Part shown: piece by piece, positions 12,761 through 26,008 of the stretch | Numbering within the stretch: the first letter of the stretch is position 1 | Layout: each line of letters begins with the position of its first letter | Source: Mustelus asterias | Taxonomy: Eukaryota | NCBI RefSeq assembly: GCF_964213995.1 | Contig: NC_135816.1 | Location: 10,974,001 to 11,038,000 of the forward strand | Reading direction: 5' to 3' | Length of the DNA: 64,000 nt | Made by a program: the position numbers and the translations under genes | Notes under the pieces: generated by a model | What the model was told of the DNA's origin: nothing | Databases searched by the model: none | What the model saw: only the letters and a program-made list of their open reading frames with translations

Positions 12761-14359
12761 AAGAGTTCTGCTGATCACTGAGGTTTGTTCTGTGTACATG
12801 GCTGAAAAACATCTCTTTGGTGCACCCGGTTTCACACTTGGAAATCCAAATAGTTTAGGATTTGGCGCTGATTTGAGCATCCCAGAGACGCGAGGTGGTG
12901 CTGTACTGTCTGGCGTTCCCTCTTGAATGAGGTGTTAAAAACGGGGCAGGCAAGATCTTGCGGCAATTTTGAAGGAGCGACAGTAGGTTTTCCCCTGTGC
13001 CTGGGTCTATTATCGTTCGACCGGAACCAGCTCATCACATTGGCATCTGGGATTTTACTGTGCCAATGAAGTATTGTTTCCTACATTACAACATTGACTG
13101 CACTTCAGAACACTCTGGTGTCCTATGATTGTCAAATGCAATTTATGAATGAAGTCTTTACTGTTTTCCCCAAGTCCCTAATACATTTTTCAGCCTCGCT
13201 ACTGGAATTCAGACCCATCCCTTGTCTGCTATTAACTCACTATTTCCCCAATCCCATGTCTTTCAAGCTTTACAACTCTGCCTCCCTTTGTGGCTAAATA
13301 ATCATGTTTTTAATCAGTGCTGGAGGGGCGGAATGACCTCAATGTGTTTACTTCTTGCATTAGAAATGATTGGTGATGATGGAACTGCATATATTTCAGT
13401 CCTTGGCCCTATTTGCCTGTTTCAGTGGCTCAGGTGAATGTTTAAGTTGGTGTTGCACTATCTGAAGATGGACTCTCCCTCTTGTGCCAAGCCAGGCTCA
13501 ACTGGTCACTTTTCCCATTGACGTTTGCAGGACAGTGCTGGTGTGGATTAGCCGGTCTGACTTCAGACAATCTTCTAGCACAGGAGGCCATTCAATCCAT
13601 GTCAGCTAGCTCTGAAAGAGCCAGTTGATTAGTCACATTTCCCTGCTATTTCTTTCAGACAACACATTCCGTAACACCATAAAGTGCTATGTTTAATTTT
13701 TAATAAAACGACTCTCTAGATATTTAAATCTGGGTCCTCCGATCATTCATTTTTCTGCTAATCGAATCTGTTCCTCTATGCCGACTCATCAAAACTCATT
13801 TCCTCTGGAGGTCCCAAGCATTACATTGCAGGCTACAGCCAATTTGGTTCACCCCACATGATATCAAGTAATGGCTGAAGGCACTGTGCACTGCCAAAAA
13901 GTCTAGCCATTAACTGCATCCGGGCAATATTACTGAAGACTTGTGCTCTCGAACTAATCGTGTTGCAACACTGGCACTTACCGTGCAATGGAAAAATGTC
14001 CTGTCCACAATAAAGTTTGTTAGTGTCACAAGTAAGCTTACATTAACACTGCAATGAAGTTTCTGTGCAAATCCTCCAGTCACCACACTCAGGTGCTTGT
14101 TTGGGTACACTGAGGGAGAATTTAGCATAGCCAATGCGCCTAACCAGCACGTCTTTCAGACTGGGAAGAAACTGGAGCACCCAGAGGAAACCCATGCAGA
14201 CACGGGGAGAATGCAGACTGCACAGACAGTGACCCAAACCAGGAATTGAACCTGGGACACAGGTGCTGTGAGGCAGCAATGCTAACCACTATGCCACCAT
14301 GCCTAATGTCCTTTCGGCAAGGAAATCTATCATCGTTTTTGGTCTGGCCTAAATAGAAT

Positions 14360-14578
14360 GATGTGGAGATGCCGGCGTTGGACTGGGGTAAACACACTAA
14401 GAAGTCTCACAGCACCAGGTTAAAGCCCAACAGGTTTATTTGGTAGCAAAAGCCACTAGCTTTCGGAGCGCTTACTGCTCCTTTGGCCTGATGAAGGAGC
14501 AGCAAGCGCTCTGAAAGCTAGTGGCTTTTGCTACCAAATAAACCTGTTGGATTTTAACCTGGTGTTGTGAGACTTACT
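14360..14578. mobile_element. Penelope-derived fold-back element with a hammerhead-like core
   Basis: Inverted arms CACCAGGTTAAAG...GGTAGCAAAAGCCACTAGCTTTC; CTGATGA...GAAAGCTA at ~14488-14520. Confidence 0.7.
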
Positions 14579-14599
14579 AAATAGAATTCCAGTCCCAAT

Positions 14600-15770
14600 A
14601 AGCAGGACAAGTGCAATCCCACTAATGATCACCCCATCAGTCTACTCTCGATCATCAGCAAATTGATGGAAGATGTTGTGAGCCGTGCTATCAAGCAGTA
14701 CTTAACAGCAATCAGTTGCTCGGTTTGTGTTTTGCCAGAGCCACTCATCTGACTTCACTACAGCCTTGGTCCTAACATGGACAGAAGAGCTGAACTCCAG
14801 AGGTGAGAAAAAAGTCACAGCCCCTGACATCAAGGCAGCATTTGACTGAGTATGCCGTAAGGAGCCCTAGCAAAGCTGGAGTCAGTGGGAACTGGGCAAC
14901 CTCCGCTGATTGGAGTCATACCTGGCACAAAGAAAGTTGGTTGGGGTTGTTGGATGTCAGTCATCCCATCTCCAGCATATCACTGCAGGAGTTCTAAAGG
15001 GAATATGTCCTAGGACTAACCATCTTCAGCTGCTTCATCAATGATCTCCCATCAGTGAGAAGTGGAGATGTTCGCTAATGATTGCATAATGTTCAGCATC
15101 ATTCACAATTCCTCATATTGAAGCAGTCCATGTCCATATGTGGCCAGACCTGAACAATATTCAGGCTTAGGCTGATAAGTCACAAGTAACATTCATGTCA
15201 CAGAATGCCAGGCAATGCCCACCTCCAGCAAGAGATCTTACCTTGCATTAAGTTGATCTTTCTCTACACCTAGCTATGACTCTAACACTACATTCTGCAC
15301 TCTCCTTTCCTTCTCTATGAACGGTCTGTTTTGTCTGTATAGTGCGCAAGAAACAATACTTTTCACTATGTTAATACATGTGACAAATCAAACCAAAGTG
15401 ATAATTTAGCCATTCCTCTTTGATATTTGATGGCATTATCATTGTTGAATCCCCTCTCTATCAACGTCCTGGAGTTTACCATTGAGCAGAAAATAAACGG
15501 GACTCGCCATATAAATACTGTGGCTACCAGAGCAGGTCAGAGGCTGGGAATTCTGCGGCAAGTAACACACCCTCTGGCTCTCCAAAGCCTGTCCACCATC
15601 TACAAGGCAACAGTCGGGTGTAATGGAATACTCGCCACTTGCCCGAATGAGTGCGGCTCCAACAACAGTCGAGAAGCTCAACACCATCCAGGACAAAGCT
15701 TGGTTAGCACCCCATCCACAAACATTCACTCCCTCCACCACTCACACTCAGTAGCAGCCGTGTGTACCAG
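14600..15770 (+). mobile_element. Decayed LINE reverse-transcriptase fragment (CR1/L2/Crack-like family)
   Basis: Degenerate coding remnants (HINTVATRAGQRLGILR); same family at ~3830-4280, 21590-23068 and 44625-45217. Confidence 0.65.
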
Positions 15771-16517
15771 GCATCACGATGGCACAGTGGTTAGCATTGT
15801 TGCCTCACAGCACCAGGGATCCCGGTTCAATTCTGACCTCGGGTTACTGTCTGTGTCGAGTTTGCATTTTCTCCCCATGTCTGCGTGAGTTTCCTTTGGG
15901 TGCTCTGGTTTCCTCCCACAGTCCAAAGATATATGGGTTAGATTGGCCATGCTAAATTATCCCGTGGTGCCAGGGGAATTAGCGGAGGGATTGCGGGGAT
16001 AGGGCCTGGGTGTTGTCCGTGCAGACTTGATGGGCCGAAGTGCCTACTTCTGTACTGTCGGATTCTACTGCTGCAGCATCTCACTAAGCTCCTTAGAAAT
16101 CATCTTCCAACTCTGCGACCTCCACCACCTCGAAAGCACCACAACTGTCATTGCCCCATCCGTAATTGGAACCAGATTGTTGTTCCTTCACTGTCGCTGG
16201 GTGAAAATTCTGGAACTCTAACAGTACTGTGGCTGTATGACCTTCAGCAGGTCAGGAAAATGGCTCATTTCCTCAGGGACAATTGTGGTGGGCAATAAAT
16301 GCTGAGCTTGACAGTGATGCCCACATCCTGTGAATGAAAATAAAACACTTGTATTAAATCTAACATTAACGTACCCTGCTTTAGGAGTTAGCTCGATTGT
16401 CCTTACATCGGAAGTCTCATTACTGGTTTCATTACGGTCAATCTTCTTATCACCTTCTCCAGGTTCTGAACATCCTTCCAAAAGTGTGATGTTCACAATT
16501 AGACACTACTCCATTTA

Positions 16518-17460
16518 TCATAGAGTATTAGAATTTTACAGCACAGCAAGAGGCCCTTCAGCCCATCGTGCCTGTGCCGGCCCTCAAGCACCTATCTATT
16601 CTAATCCCATTTTCCAGCACTTGGTCTGTAGCCTTGTATGCTCAAGGATTCATTTCAAGTACTCAGCCAAATGCTTCTTAAATGTTGTGAAGGTCTCTGC
16701 CTCCACCACCCTTTCAGGCAGTGCGTTCCAGATTCCCACCATCCTCTGGGTGAAAAAGCTTTTCCTCAAATCCCCTCTAAATCTCTTGCTCCTGACCTTA
16801 AACCTCTGCCCCCGGTTGGAGAAAAGTTTCTTATGTCTACCCTATCTATATCCTTCATAGTTTTGTACACCTCAATCAGGTCCCCCCCCTCAGCCTTCTC
16901 TGTTCTAAGGAAAACAACCCCAGCCTAACCAGCCTCTCTTTGTAGCTCAAACTCTCCAGCCCAGGCAACATCCTGGTGAATCTCCTTCTCGAGTGCAATC
17001 ATATCCTTCCTATAGTGTGGCGACCAGAACTGCACTCTAGCTGTGGCCTAACAAGTATTTTATGCAGCTCCATCATAACCTCCCTGCTCTTATATTCAAT
17101 GCTTCGGCTAATTAAGGCAAGTATCACATATGCCTTCTTAACCACCTAATTTACCTGTCCTGCTGCCTTCAGGGATCTTTGGGCTTGCACCCAAGTTCCC
17201 ACTGGTCCTCTGTACTCCCTATGTCCTATGATTCATCGTTATTCCTCCCAAAATGCATCACCTCACACTTTTCAGCATTAAATTCCATTTGCTCCCGTTC
17301 TGTTCTACTTGCTATTTACCACACCATCAATATTTGTAACATCTGCAAACTTACTGATCATAAACACAGAATTAAATTACAGATTATCCTGTAATTATCT
17401 GTTTTTTCCCTACTTCGCTTCTTGAATAATTAGCTGTCCTCCAGTCCTCTGGCACCTCTT
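16518..17460 (-). mobile_element. Decayed CR1 LINE fragment
   Basis: CR1 3' end with GGCAACATCCTGGTGAATCTCC and GACCAGAACTGCAC blocks shared with 32-866. Confidence 0.8.
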
Positions 17461-17467
17461 CTATGAC

Positions 17468-17780
17468 ATGGAGATGCCGGCGTTGGACTGGGGTGAACAC
17501 AGTAAGAGTTTTAACAACACCGGGTTAAAGTCCAACAGGTTTATTTGGCAGCAAATGCCATTAGCTTTCGGAGCGCTGCTCCTTCGTCAGATGGAGTGGA
17601 AATAACTGGTTGTATCTTGATATCTTGAACTGTAACTTCATTTTGTGTCTCTGTGCCCTGTTTGAGAGCAGATTTCCACTCCATCTGACGAAGGAGCAGC
17701 GCTCCGAAAGCTGATGGCATTTGCTACCAAATAAACCTGTTGGACTTTAACCTGGTGTTGTTAAAACTCTTACTGTGTTT
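17468..17780. mobile_element. Penelope-derived fold-back element with two opposed hammerhead motifs
   Basis: ~105-bp inverted arms; hammerhead-like cores at 17558-17594 (-) and 17681-17717 (+). Confidence 0.75.
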
Positions 17781-18054
17781 ACCTCTTCTGTGGCCAGAGA
17801 GGATTTGAAAATTAGCATCAGAGCCCCTGCAATCTCTTCCCTTGCCTCACACAGCAGTCTGGGATACATCTCATCTGGGCCTGGGGATTTATCCACCTTT
17901 TTGCCTGCTAAAACCACTAAAACCTCCTCTATCTCAATGCTAATCTGTTCAATTATATCTCAATCACCCTTTTCTGCTTTCTATGCCTACATTGTCCTTC
18001 TCCATAAGGAACGCAGATAGAAGATACTCATTCAGTACCTCATCTACATCTTTT

Positions 18055-18897
18055 TGATTTGATTTGATTTGATTTATTATTGTCACATGTATTAACATAC
18101 AGTGAAAAGTATTGTTTCTTGCGCGCTATACAAAGCATACCGTTCATAGAGAAGGAGACGAGAGAGCGCAGAACATAGTATTACAGTCATAGCTAGGGTG
18201 TAGAGAAAGATCAACTTAATGCGAGGTACCATAGAACCATAGAACCATAGAAAATTACAGCTCAGAAACAGGCCTTTTGGCCCTTCTTGTCTGTGCCGAA
18301 CCATTTTTTGCCTAGTCCCACTGACCTGCACTTGGACCATATCCCTCCACACCCCTCTCATCCATGAACCCGTCCAAGTTTTTCTTAAATGTTAAAAGTG
18401 ACCCCGCATTTACCACTTTATCCGGCAGCTCATTCCACACTCCCACCACTCACTGCGTGAGGTAGGTCCATTCAAAAGTCTGACAGCAGCAGGGAAGAAG
18501 GTGTTCTTGAGTCGGTTGGTACATGACCTCAGACCTTTGTATCTTTTTCCCGATGGAAGAAGGTGGAAGAGAGAATGTCCGGGGTGTGTGGGGTCCTTAA
18601 TTATGCTGGCTGCTTTGCCGAGGCAGTGGGAAGTGTAGACAGAGTCAATGGATGGGCGGCTGGTTTGCGTGATGGATTGGGCTACATTCATGACCTTTTG
18701 TAGTTCCTTGCGTTCTTGGGCAGAGCAGGAGCCATACCAAGCTGTGATACAACCAGAAAGAATGCTTTCTATGGTGCATCTGTAAAAGTTGGTGAGAGTC
18801 GTAGCTGACATGCCAAATTTCCTTAGTCTTCTGAGAAAGTAGAGGCGTTGGTGGTCTTTCTTAACTATAGTGTCGGCATGGGGGGGACCAGGACAGG
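18055..18897 (-). mobile_element. Rex1/Babar LINE 3' fragment with a nested CR1 3' end (~18228-18451)
   Basis: ORF 18410-18901 (QRLYFLRRLRKFGMS...FYRCTIESILSGCITAWYG). Confidence 0.85.
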
Positions 18898-21589
18898 CCA
18901 ATTTGTCTCCAAAACGGAAAATAACAGGAGTTACTCTTTAAAAGGTTGTTGGGGATTAACCCAAATAATGCACAGTAGGTACTCAAATCTTTCAAGTTTT
19001 TACTTGTGCACAAGTGAGAACATAATACAGCGCAAAGCATTGTAAGGTGTTCTGTTGATTCATACAGAACAGTTATAGCTCACCATATCTTGCTTTGTGG
19101 AATTTTGTTATTGAAAAGGTTCTTACTTTCATCCTGTGGCCAAGGTTGGACACAGTAAGAAGTCTCACAACACCAGGTTAAAGTCCAACATGTTGTGAGG
19201 CTTCTTACTGTGTTTACCCCAGTCCTACGCCGGCATCTCCACATCATGGCGAAGGTTGGAAGCGGTGTTTATGGAAGTAACACAAGGTTTAGATTAGTCG
19301 CTTATCCTGAGTACGTAAGCGCTGGCTTCACTGAAGGCCTTGTTTAGCTAATTATTATTATTATTATTAATAATTATTAAATTATTATTAAATCATTATC
19401 GGAACTTAATTTTCACAATTGTTGCAACTTAATTTTTCCATAACAGCTTCTGCAATTTGTAACTGCTTTTAACTATAGTTTCACTACATTTATTGCTTCA
19501 TTTGAAGTGAACATCCTTAAAGCTGCAGAACAAAGTGAATTAAATATTTGACATGCAAAGGGACCTGGGTGTCCTGGCACACCAGTCACTGAAAGGAAGC
19601 ACGCACGTATAGTAAGCAGTTATTGAGGCAAACGCTGTGTTGGCCTTCATTGCAAGAGGACTAGAGTACAGGAGCAAGGATGTCTTGCTGCAGCTGTACA
19701 GGGCCTCAGTGAGACCGCACCTGGAATACCAGGTGCAGTTTTGGCCTCCTTATCTAAGAGACGATGGAATTACAACTTAATTTCCACAAGCTGAGTGGAA
19801 CATCTTTTGGAAAATTAAACCTGATGTGCTTCTTAAATGCAGGGAATCTAAGAGCAATAACTTCCATTTGTAGTGAAATATCTCATGATGCTTCATAACA
19901 GTGTTATCAAACAAAATGTCACATGGGGCCACTTTGAGAGAGAGCAGCTGACCAGACACTTACTGAGTGAGGTCTAATGAAATATCCTAAAGCTGGAGCG
20001 AGGGGTGAAGAGGTTTAGAAACAGAAGTTCAGAGTTTCAGACCTGGGAAACTAAAGGCAAGTCTGTCAGTGGTGGAGAATTTAAAATTAGGGGAGAGCCA
20101 AGACACTAAAATGGAAGGCCGCAGATTCCTTAGAGTGTTTGGACGTCTGGAGAAGATTACAGAAATAGGGAGCGGTGAGGCCAGGGAGAGATTTGAAAAT
20201 GATGAGAATTTTATAATTGAGTCATTGTTTAAGCAAAAGCCAATGAAAAATTCTCATTCCATTGAACACATAGAATCTTAGAATCCCTGCAGTGCAGAAG
20301 GAGGCCATTCAGCCCATCGAGTCCACACCAACCATAATCCCACCCAGGCTCTATCACCCAACCCCATGTATTTACCCTACTCATCCCCCTGACACTATGG
20401 GGCAATTTAGCATGGCCAATCAACCTAACCCGCACATCTTTGGAGTGCAGGAGGAAACCGGAGCACCCGGAGGGAACCCACGCAGACATGGGGAGAACAT
20501 GCAAACTCCACACAGACAGTGACCCGAGGCCGGAATTGAATCTGGGTCCCTGGCGCTGTGATGCAGCAGTGCTAATCACTGTGCTTTACTTTGCTTTGCT
20601 TTTGAAAATGCCCTAGTCGCCACACTCCGGCGCCTGTTCGGGTACACTGAGGGAGAATTTAGCACGGCCAATGCACCCTAACCAGCACGTCTTTCAGACT
20701 GTGGGAGGAAACCGGAGCACCCGGAGGAAACCCACGCAGACATGGGGAGAACGCGCAGATTCCGCAGACACAGTGATGCAAGCCTGGAATCGAACCCGGG
20801 ACCCTGGCGCTGTGAGGCCGCAGTGCTAACCACTGTGCTGTCATGCCGCACTTCCTCCATGGCAAGTACATCGTCTCTTAGATAAGGAGGCCAAAACTGC
20901 ACCTGGTATTCCAGGTGCGGTCTCATCGAGGCCCTGTACAGCTGCAGCAAGACATCCTTGCTCCTGTACTCTAGTCCTCTTGCAATGAAGGCCAACACAG
21001 CGTTTGCCTCAATAACTGCTTACTATACGTGCGTGCTTCCTTTCAGTGACTGGTGTGCCAGGACACCCAGGTCCCTTTGCATGTCAACATTTCCCAATCT
21101 ATTACAATTTCATTCATACTCTGCCACTCTGTTTTCCCTACCGAAGTGGATAACTCCACATTTATCCATGTTATACTGCGTCTGCCATGTATTTGTCCAC
21201 TCAACTTGTCTAAATCGCTTTGAAGTGATGTAGTGGAATTGTCACTGGTCCAGGGACCCAGGGTAATGATCTGAGGTCCTGGGTTCAAATTCCAGCAGAT
21301 GGTGGAATTTAAATTCAATAAAAATCTGGAATTAAAAGTCTAATAATATTGGTCATTGTCGATTGTCAGAAAAATCCATCTGGTTCATTAATGTCCGTTA
21401 GGGAAGGAAATCTGCCGTCCTTACCCGGTCTGGCCTACATGTGACTCCAGAGCCACAGCAATGTGGTTGACTCTTAACTGCCCTCTGAAATGGCCCAACA
21501 AGCCACTCAGCTGCATTCATAGAAAATATAGAAAATAGGAGCAGGAGTTGGCCATTCAGTCCTTTGAGCCTGAATGGCTACAAAGAAAG

Positions 21590-23068
21590 CAAAAAGGAAT
21601 GAAACTAGACAGATCTCGCTATCAGAAATGGCAACATCAATCCTGCAAAGTCCTCCTTACTAACATCTGGGGGCCAAAATTGGGAGAGCTATCTCACAGA
21701 CTAGTTAGCAACAGCCTGACATAATCATACTCATGGAATCATACCTTAGAGACACTGCCCCAGACACCACCATCACCATCCCTGGATATGTCCTGTCCCA
21801 CCGGCTGGACAGACCCAGCAAAGGTGGCAGCACAGTGGTATACATTCGGGAGGGAGTTGCCCTGGGAGTCCTCAATATTGACTGGACCCCATGAAGTCTC
21901 ATGATTACCACCTACTATTACCCCTCAGCTGATGAATCAGTATTCCTCCATGTTGGACAACACTTGGAGGAAGCACTGAGGGTGGCAAGGGTGCAGAATA
22001 TCCTCTGGGTGAGGAATTTCAATGTCCATCACCAAGACTGGCTCGAAGTACAACCACAGACTGAGCTGGTCGAGTCTTAAATAACATTGCTGCTAGACTG
22101 GGTCTGCAGCAGGTGAAGGAACCAATAAGAGGGAAAAACATACTTGACCTCATCCTCATCAACCTGTGTGCAGCAGGTGCATCTGTCCATGACAGTATCA
22201 GTAGGATTGACCACTGCACAGCCCTTGTGGAGACGAAGTCCAGTCTTCACATTGGGGATACCTTCCATCATGTTGTGTGGCACTATCACCGCGCTAAATG
22301 GGACAGACTTCAAACCGATCTAGCAACTCAAGACTGGGCATCCATGAGGCGCTGTGGGCCATCAACAGCAGCGGAATTGTACTCCAGCACAATCTGCAAC
22401 CTCATGGCCCGACATATCCCCCACTCAACCATTACCATCAAGCCCGGGGATCAACCCTGGTTCAATGGAGAGTGCAGGAGGGCATGCCAGGAGCAGCACC
22501 AGGCACACCTAAAAATGAGGTGTCAACCTGGTGAAGCTACAACACAGGACTACTTGTATGCCAAACAGCATAAATAGCAAGTGATAGACAGAGATAAGCG
22601 ATCCCACAACCATCGGATCAGATCTAAGCTCTGCAGTCCTGCCACATCCAGTCGTGAAAGATGGTGGACAATTAAACAACTCACTGGAGTAGGAGGCTCC
22701 ACAAATATCCCCAACCCAATGATGGAGGAGCCCAGCACATCAGTGCAAAAGATAAGGCTGAAGCATTCACAGTAATCTTCAGCCAGAAATGCCGAGTGGA
22801 TGATCCATCTCGGCCTCCCCCAGTGGTCCCCAGCATCTCAGATGCCAGTCTCCAGCTAATTCGATCCACACAATGTGACACTGGGAAGCGGCTGAAGGTG
22901 CTGGATATTGCAAAGGCTGTGGGCCCTAACCACAACGCACCGTGACAGCCGCGAGTGCCATATACACTGAGGGAACTCACCAAGGCTCCTTCAACAGCAC
23001 CTTCCAAACCCACGATCACCACCATCTAGAAGGGCAAAAGCAGCAGATACCTGGGAATGCCACAACCT
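21590..23068 (+). mobile_element. LINE fragment with AP-endonuclease region
   Basis: ORF 22113-22577 (RGKNILDLIL...DH...QPWFN), typical of the end of a LINE endonuclease domain and its linker; frameshifted. Confidence 0.75.
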
Positions 23069-23887
23069 AGAATCATAGAATCATAGAATCCCTACTGTGC
23101 AGAAGGAGGCCATTTGGCCCGTCAGGTCTGCACCGACCACAATCCCACCCAGGCCCTCTCCCCATGACCCCATGCATTTACACCAGCTAGCTAGTCCCCC
23201 TGACACTAAGGGGCAATTTAGCACGGCCAATCCACCTAACCAGCACATCTTTGGACTGTGGGAGGAAACCGGAGCACCCGGAGGAAACCCACGCAGACAC
23301 GGGGAGAACGTGCAAACTCCACACAGACAGTGACCCAAACCGGGAATCGAACCCGGGCCCCTGGAGCTGTGAGACAGCGGTGCTAACCACTGTGCCACCG
23401 TGCCGCCCACCTGTAGAGTTAACTTGCAGCATCATCATCGTGCTGTCCAGTGTGGAAACAACAGAACTCAGAAAGGTGCATTTTGAAGTATTTAGTAATT
23501 TGGCTGATTTTACTCTCCACTGATTGTTTAAAATTCTTTCATGGGATGTGGGCGTCGCTGGCAAGGCCCAGCATTTGTTGTCCATCCCTAATGGTCCTCG
23601 AACTGAGTGGTTTGCCACTCTATTTCAGAGGGCATTTCAGAGTCAACCGCATTGCAGTGATTCTGGAGTCAGACCAGACCGGGTAAGGACGGCTGATTTC
23701 CTTCGCAAATGTAAACCAGGTGGCTTTTACAACAACCGATAATAGCTTCGTGGTCACCATTACTGAGATTAAGTTTTATATTCCTGTTTTTTTCTTAATT
23801 AATTAAATTCAAATTCCACCAGCTGCCGCAGTGGGATTTGAACTGGTGTTCCCCAGTGCATTAGCCTGGGCTTTTGGATACTAATGA

Positions 23888-24329
23888 CGTTATAAGGAGA
23901 GGCTGAATAGACTTGGACTTTTTTCCCTGGAGTGTAGGAGACTTAGGGGTGATCTTATCGAGGTCTGTAAAATAATAAGGGGCATCGATCAGCTAGATAG
24001 TCAATATCTTTTCCCAAAGGTAGGGGAGTCTAAAACTAGAGGGCATAGGTTTAAGATGGGAGGGGAGAGATACAAAAGGGTCCAGAGGGGAAATTTTTTC
24101 ACACAGAGGGTGGTGAGTGTCTGGAACGAGCTGCAAGAGGTAGTAGTAGAGACGGGTACAATTTTGTCTTTTAAAAAGCTTTTAGACAATGACATGGGTA
24201 TGATGGGTATAGAGGGATATGGGCCAAACGTGGGCAATTGGGACTAGCTTAGTGGTTATAAAAAGGGCGGCATGGACAAGTTGGGCCGAAGGGCCTGTTT
24301 CCATGCTGTAAACCTCTATGACTCTATGA
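23888..24329 (+). mobile_element. CR1 LINE 3' fragment. Similar fragments at ~27160-27645 (+), 27857-28220 (-), 31830-32540 (-), 36050-37470 (+), 44055-44510 (+) and 60835-61363 (+)
   Basis: TRGH..K / FFTQRVV..WN.L motifs and tandem 3' tails. Confidence 0.85.
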
Positions 24330-25927
24330 CGTCTCATGTCCTCCACAAGCATAAGCACCATGAGCCTAAAGGTTGTCTCCTTTCTTATCACTGAACGCTA
24401 ACTCTGGCCTGTTGTCCGTCCCCATTCTACCCGAAGAGTACTATCAATTCTGAGTCGCAACTTTACCGATCCAAGTTTCACTCCAGATGCTAGAGTCCAC
24501 AATCTAAGCTGATGCCTCTCACGCTATCGTTGAAGGAGTGCTGCATTGTTGGAGGCCCTGCCGTTTGTGTGAGGCATTGAACTGAGAGCGTGTTTACCAC
24601 CTCAGCTAGATGATAAAAGATCTCATGGTGCTATTTTGGAGAAGAGCAGGGAAGTCCTCCTCAGTGTCCTGGCCAATATTTACCCTTCAACCAACACCAC
24701 ATAAAGAAAAACAGATCATGTGGCTATTTCCTTAGAGTTTAGAAGAGTGAAGGTTGACTTTATTCAAATGGATAAGATGCCGAGGGTAGATGGTGAGATG
24801 TTTTCACTAGTGGGAGAGCCTCAAACAAGGGGACATAGCTACAAGATAAAGGGACGGTCATTTAAAACAGGTGCGCAGAAGGTGCCGAATCTCTGGAATT
24901 CTCCGCCCCAAAGGGTGGTGGAGGCTGGATCATTAGAAGTATTTAAAGTGAAGATGGGCAAATATGGCTGGCACGGTGGTTAGCACTGCTGCCTCACAGC
25001 GCCAGGGATCCGGTTCAATTCCGGCCTTGGGTCACTGTCTGTGTGGAGTCTGCACGTTCTCCCCGTGTCTGCGTGGGTTTCCTCCGGGTGCTCCGGTTTC
25101 CTCCCACAGTCCAAAGATGTGCGGGTTAGGTTGATTGGCCTTGCTAATTTGTCCCTTAGTGTCGGGGGATTAGCAGGGTAAAGATGTGGGATTATGGGGA
25201 TAGGGCCTGTGTAGGTTTGTGGTCAGTGCAGACTCGATGGGCCGAATGGCCTCCTTCTGCACTGTAGGGATTCTATGATTGTATGATTTGATAGATCGAG
25301 GAATGGAGGGCTATGGGAAAATGGTACAGAAAAGGAGCTGAGGCCGGCACAGATCAGCCTGGATGGTATTGAATGGCAGGGCAGGCCTGACGGGTCCGGT
25401 GGCCTATTCCTGCTTCTATTTCTTGTTTTCTTGTGTACCACACTGCTGTTTGTGGGATCTTACTGTGCGCAAATTGGCTGCTGCGTTTAGTCCCTCGTGC
25501 GGTGTAATTCTATGATGAGAGATTAACCCGACAACATTGGCTCAGTGCTGCAGCGCAGACTGAATGAGTTGTTGAAATCACAGAAAGCCTCTTTGAAAAT
25601 GAGTGGCTGACTTATATAGGAAAGTGCAAGCCATTAGCTGGATTTTATGGTAATTGTTTCTTGCTCTGTTGAGAACGTGTTGTCACCAGGAGAGGTCGCT
25701 GATGCCCTTCTGAATGCACACACAGCTGGAATGATAGCTCAGGCAGGTAACATGTGATTGAGGTTAATTGGAGAATCGCCCTGTTTTAAGCATTTACACA
25801 TGGGGCAGATTTAGGAAGCATTTATCCAGAGAGACAGAGAGAGAGGGAGTGTGGGTGTGCTGGGCTGCCACCAGCAGCTCCCTCAGCTTGTAACAGATCA
25901 CTCCATCACCCACAACGTAAATCTCCA

Positions 25928-26008
25928 ATTGGCTGCCTGGTGACTCACCAGTTGCCAGGGAGAGGGCTCTGCCTGAGCTTGAGTTTTTCAGAATCTATTG
26001 ACAGAAAG
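25928..26008 (-). promoter_or_regulatory. Candidate S-X1-X2-Y enhancer module M1
   Basis: Minus strand reads CCCTGGCAAC-TGG-TGAGTCA-CCAGGCAG-CCAAT. Confidence 0.6.

Noticed and set aside
25880-25932. Second, plus-strand X-Y module (CTTGTAACAGAT...CCAATTGG) overlapping M1
   Set aside because: No X2 motif, spacing unlike class II promoters, and not shared by the other modules.
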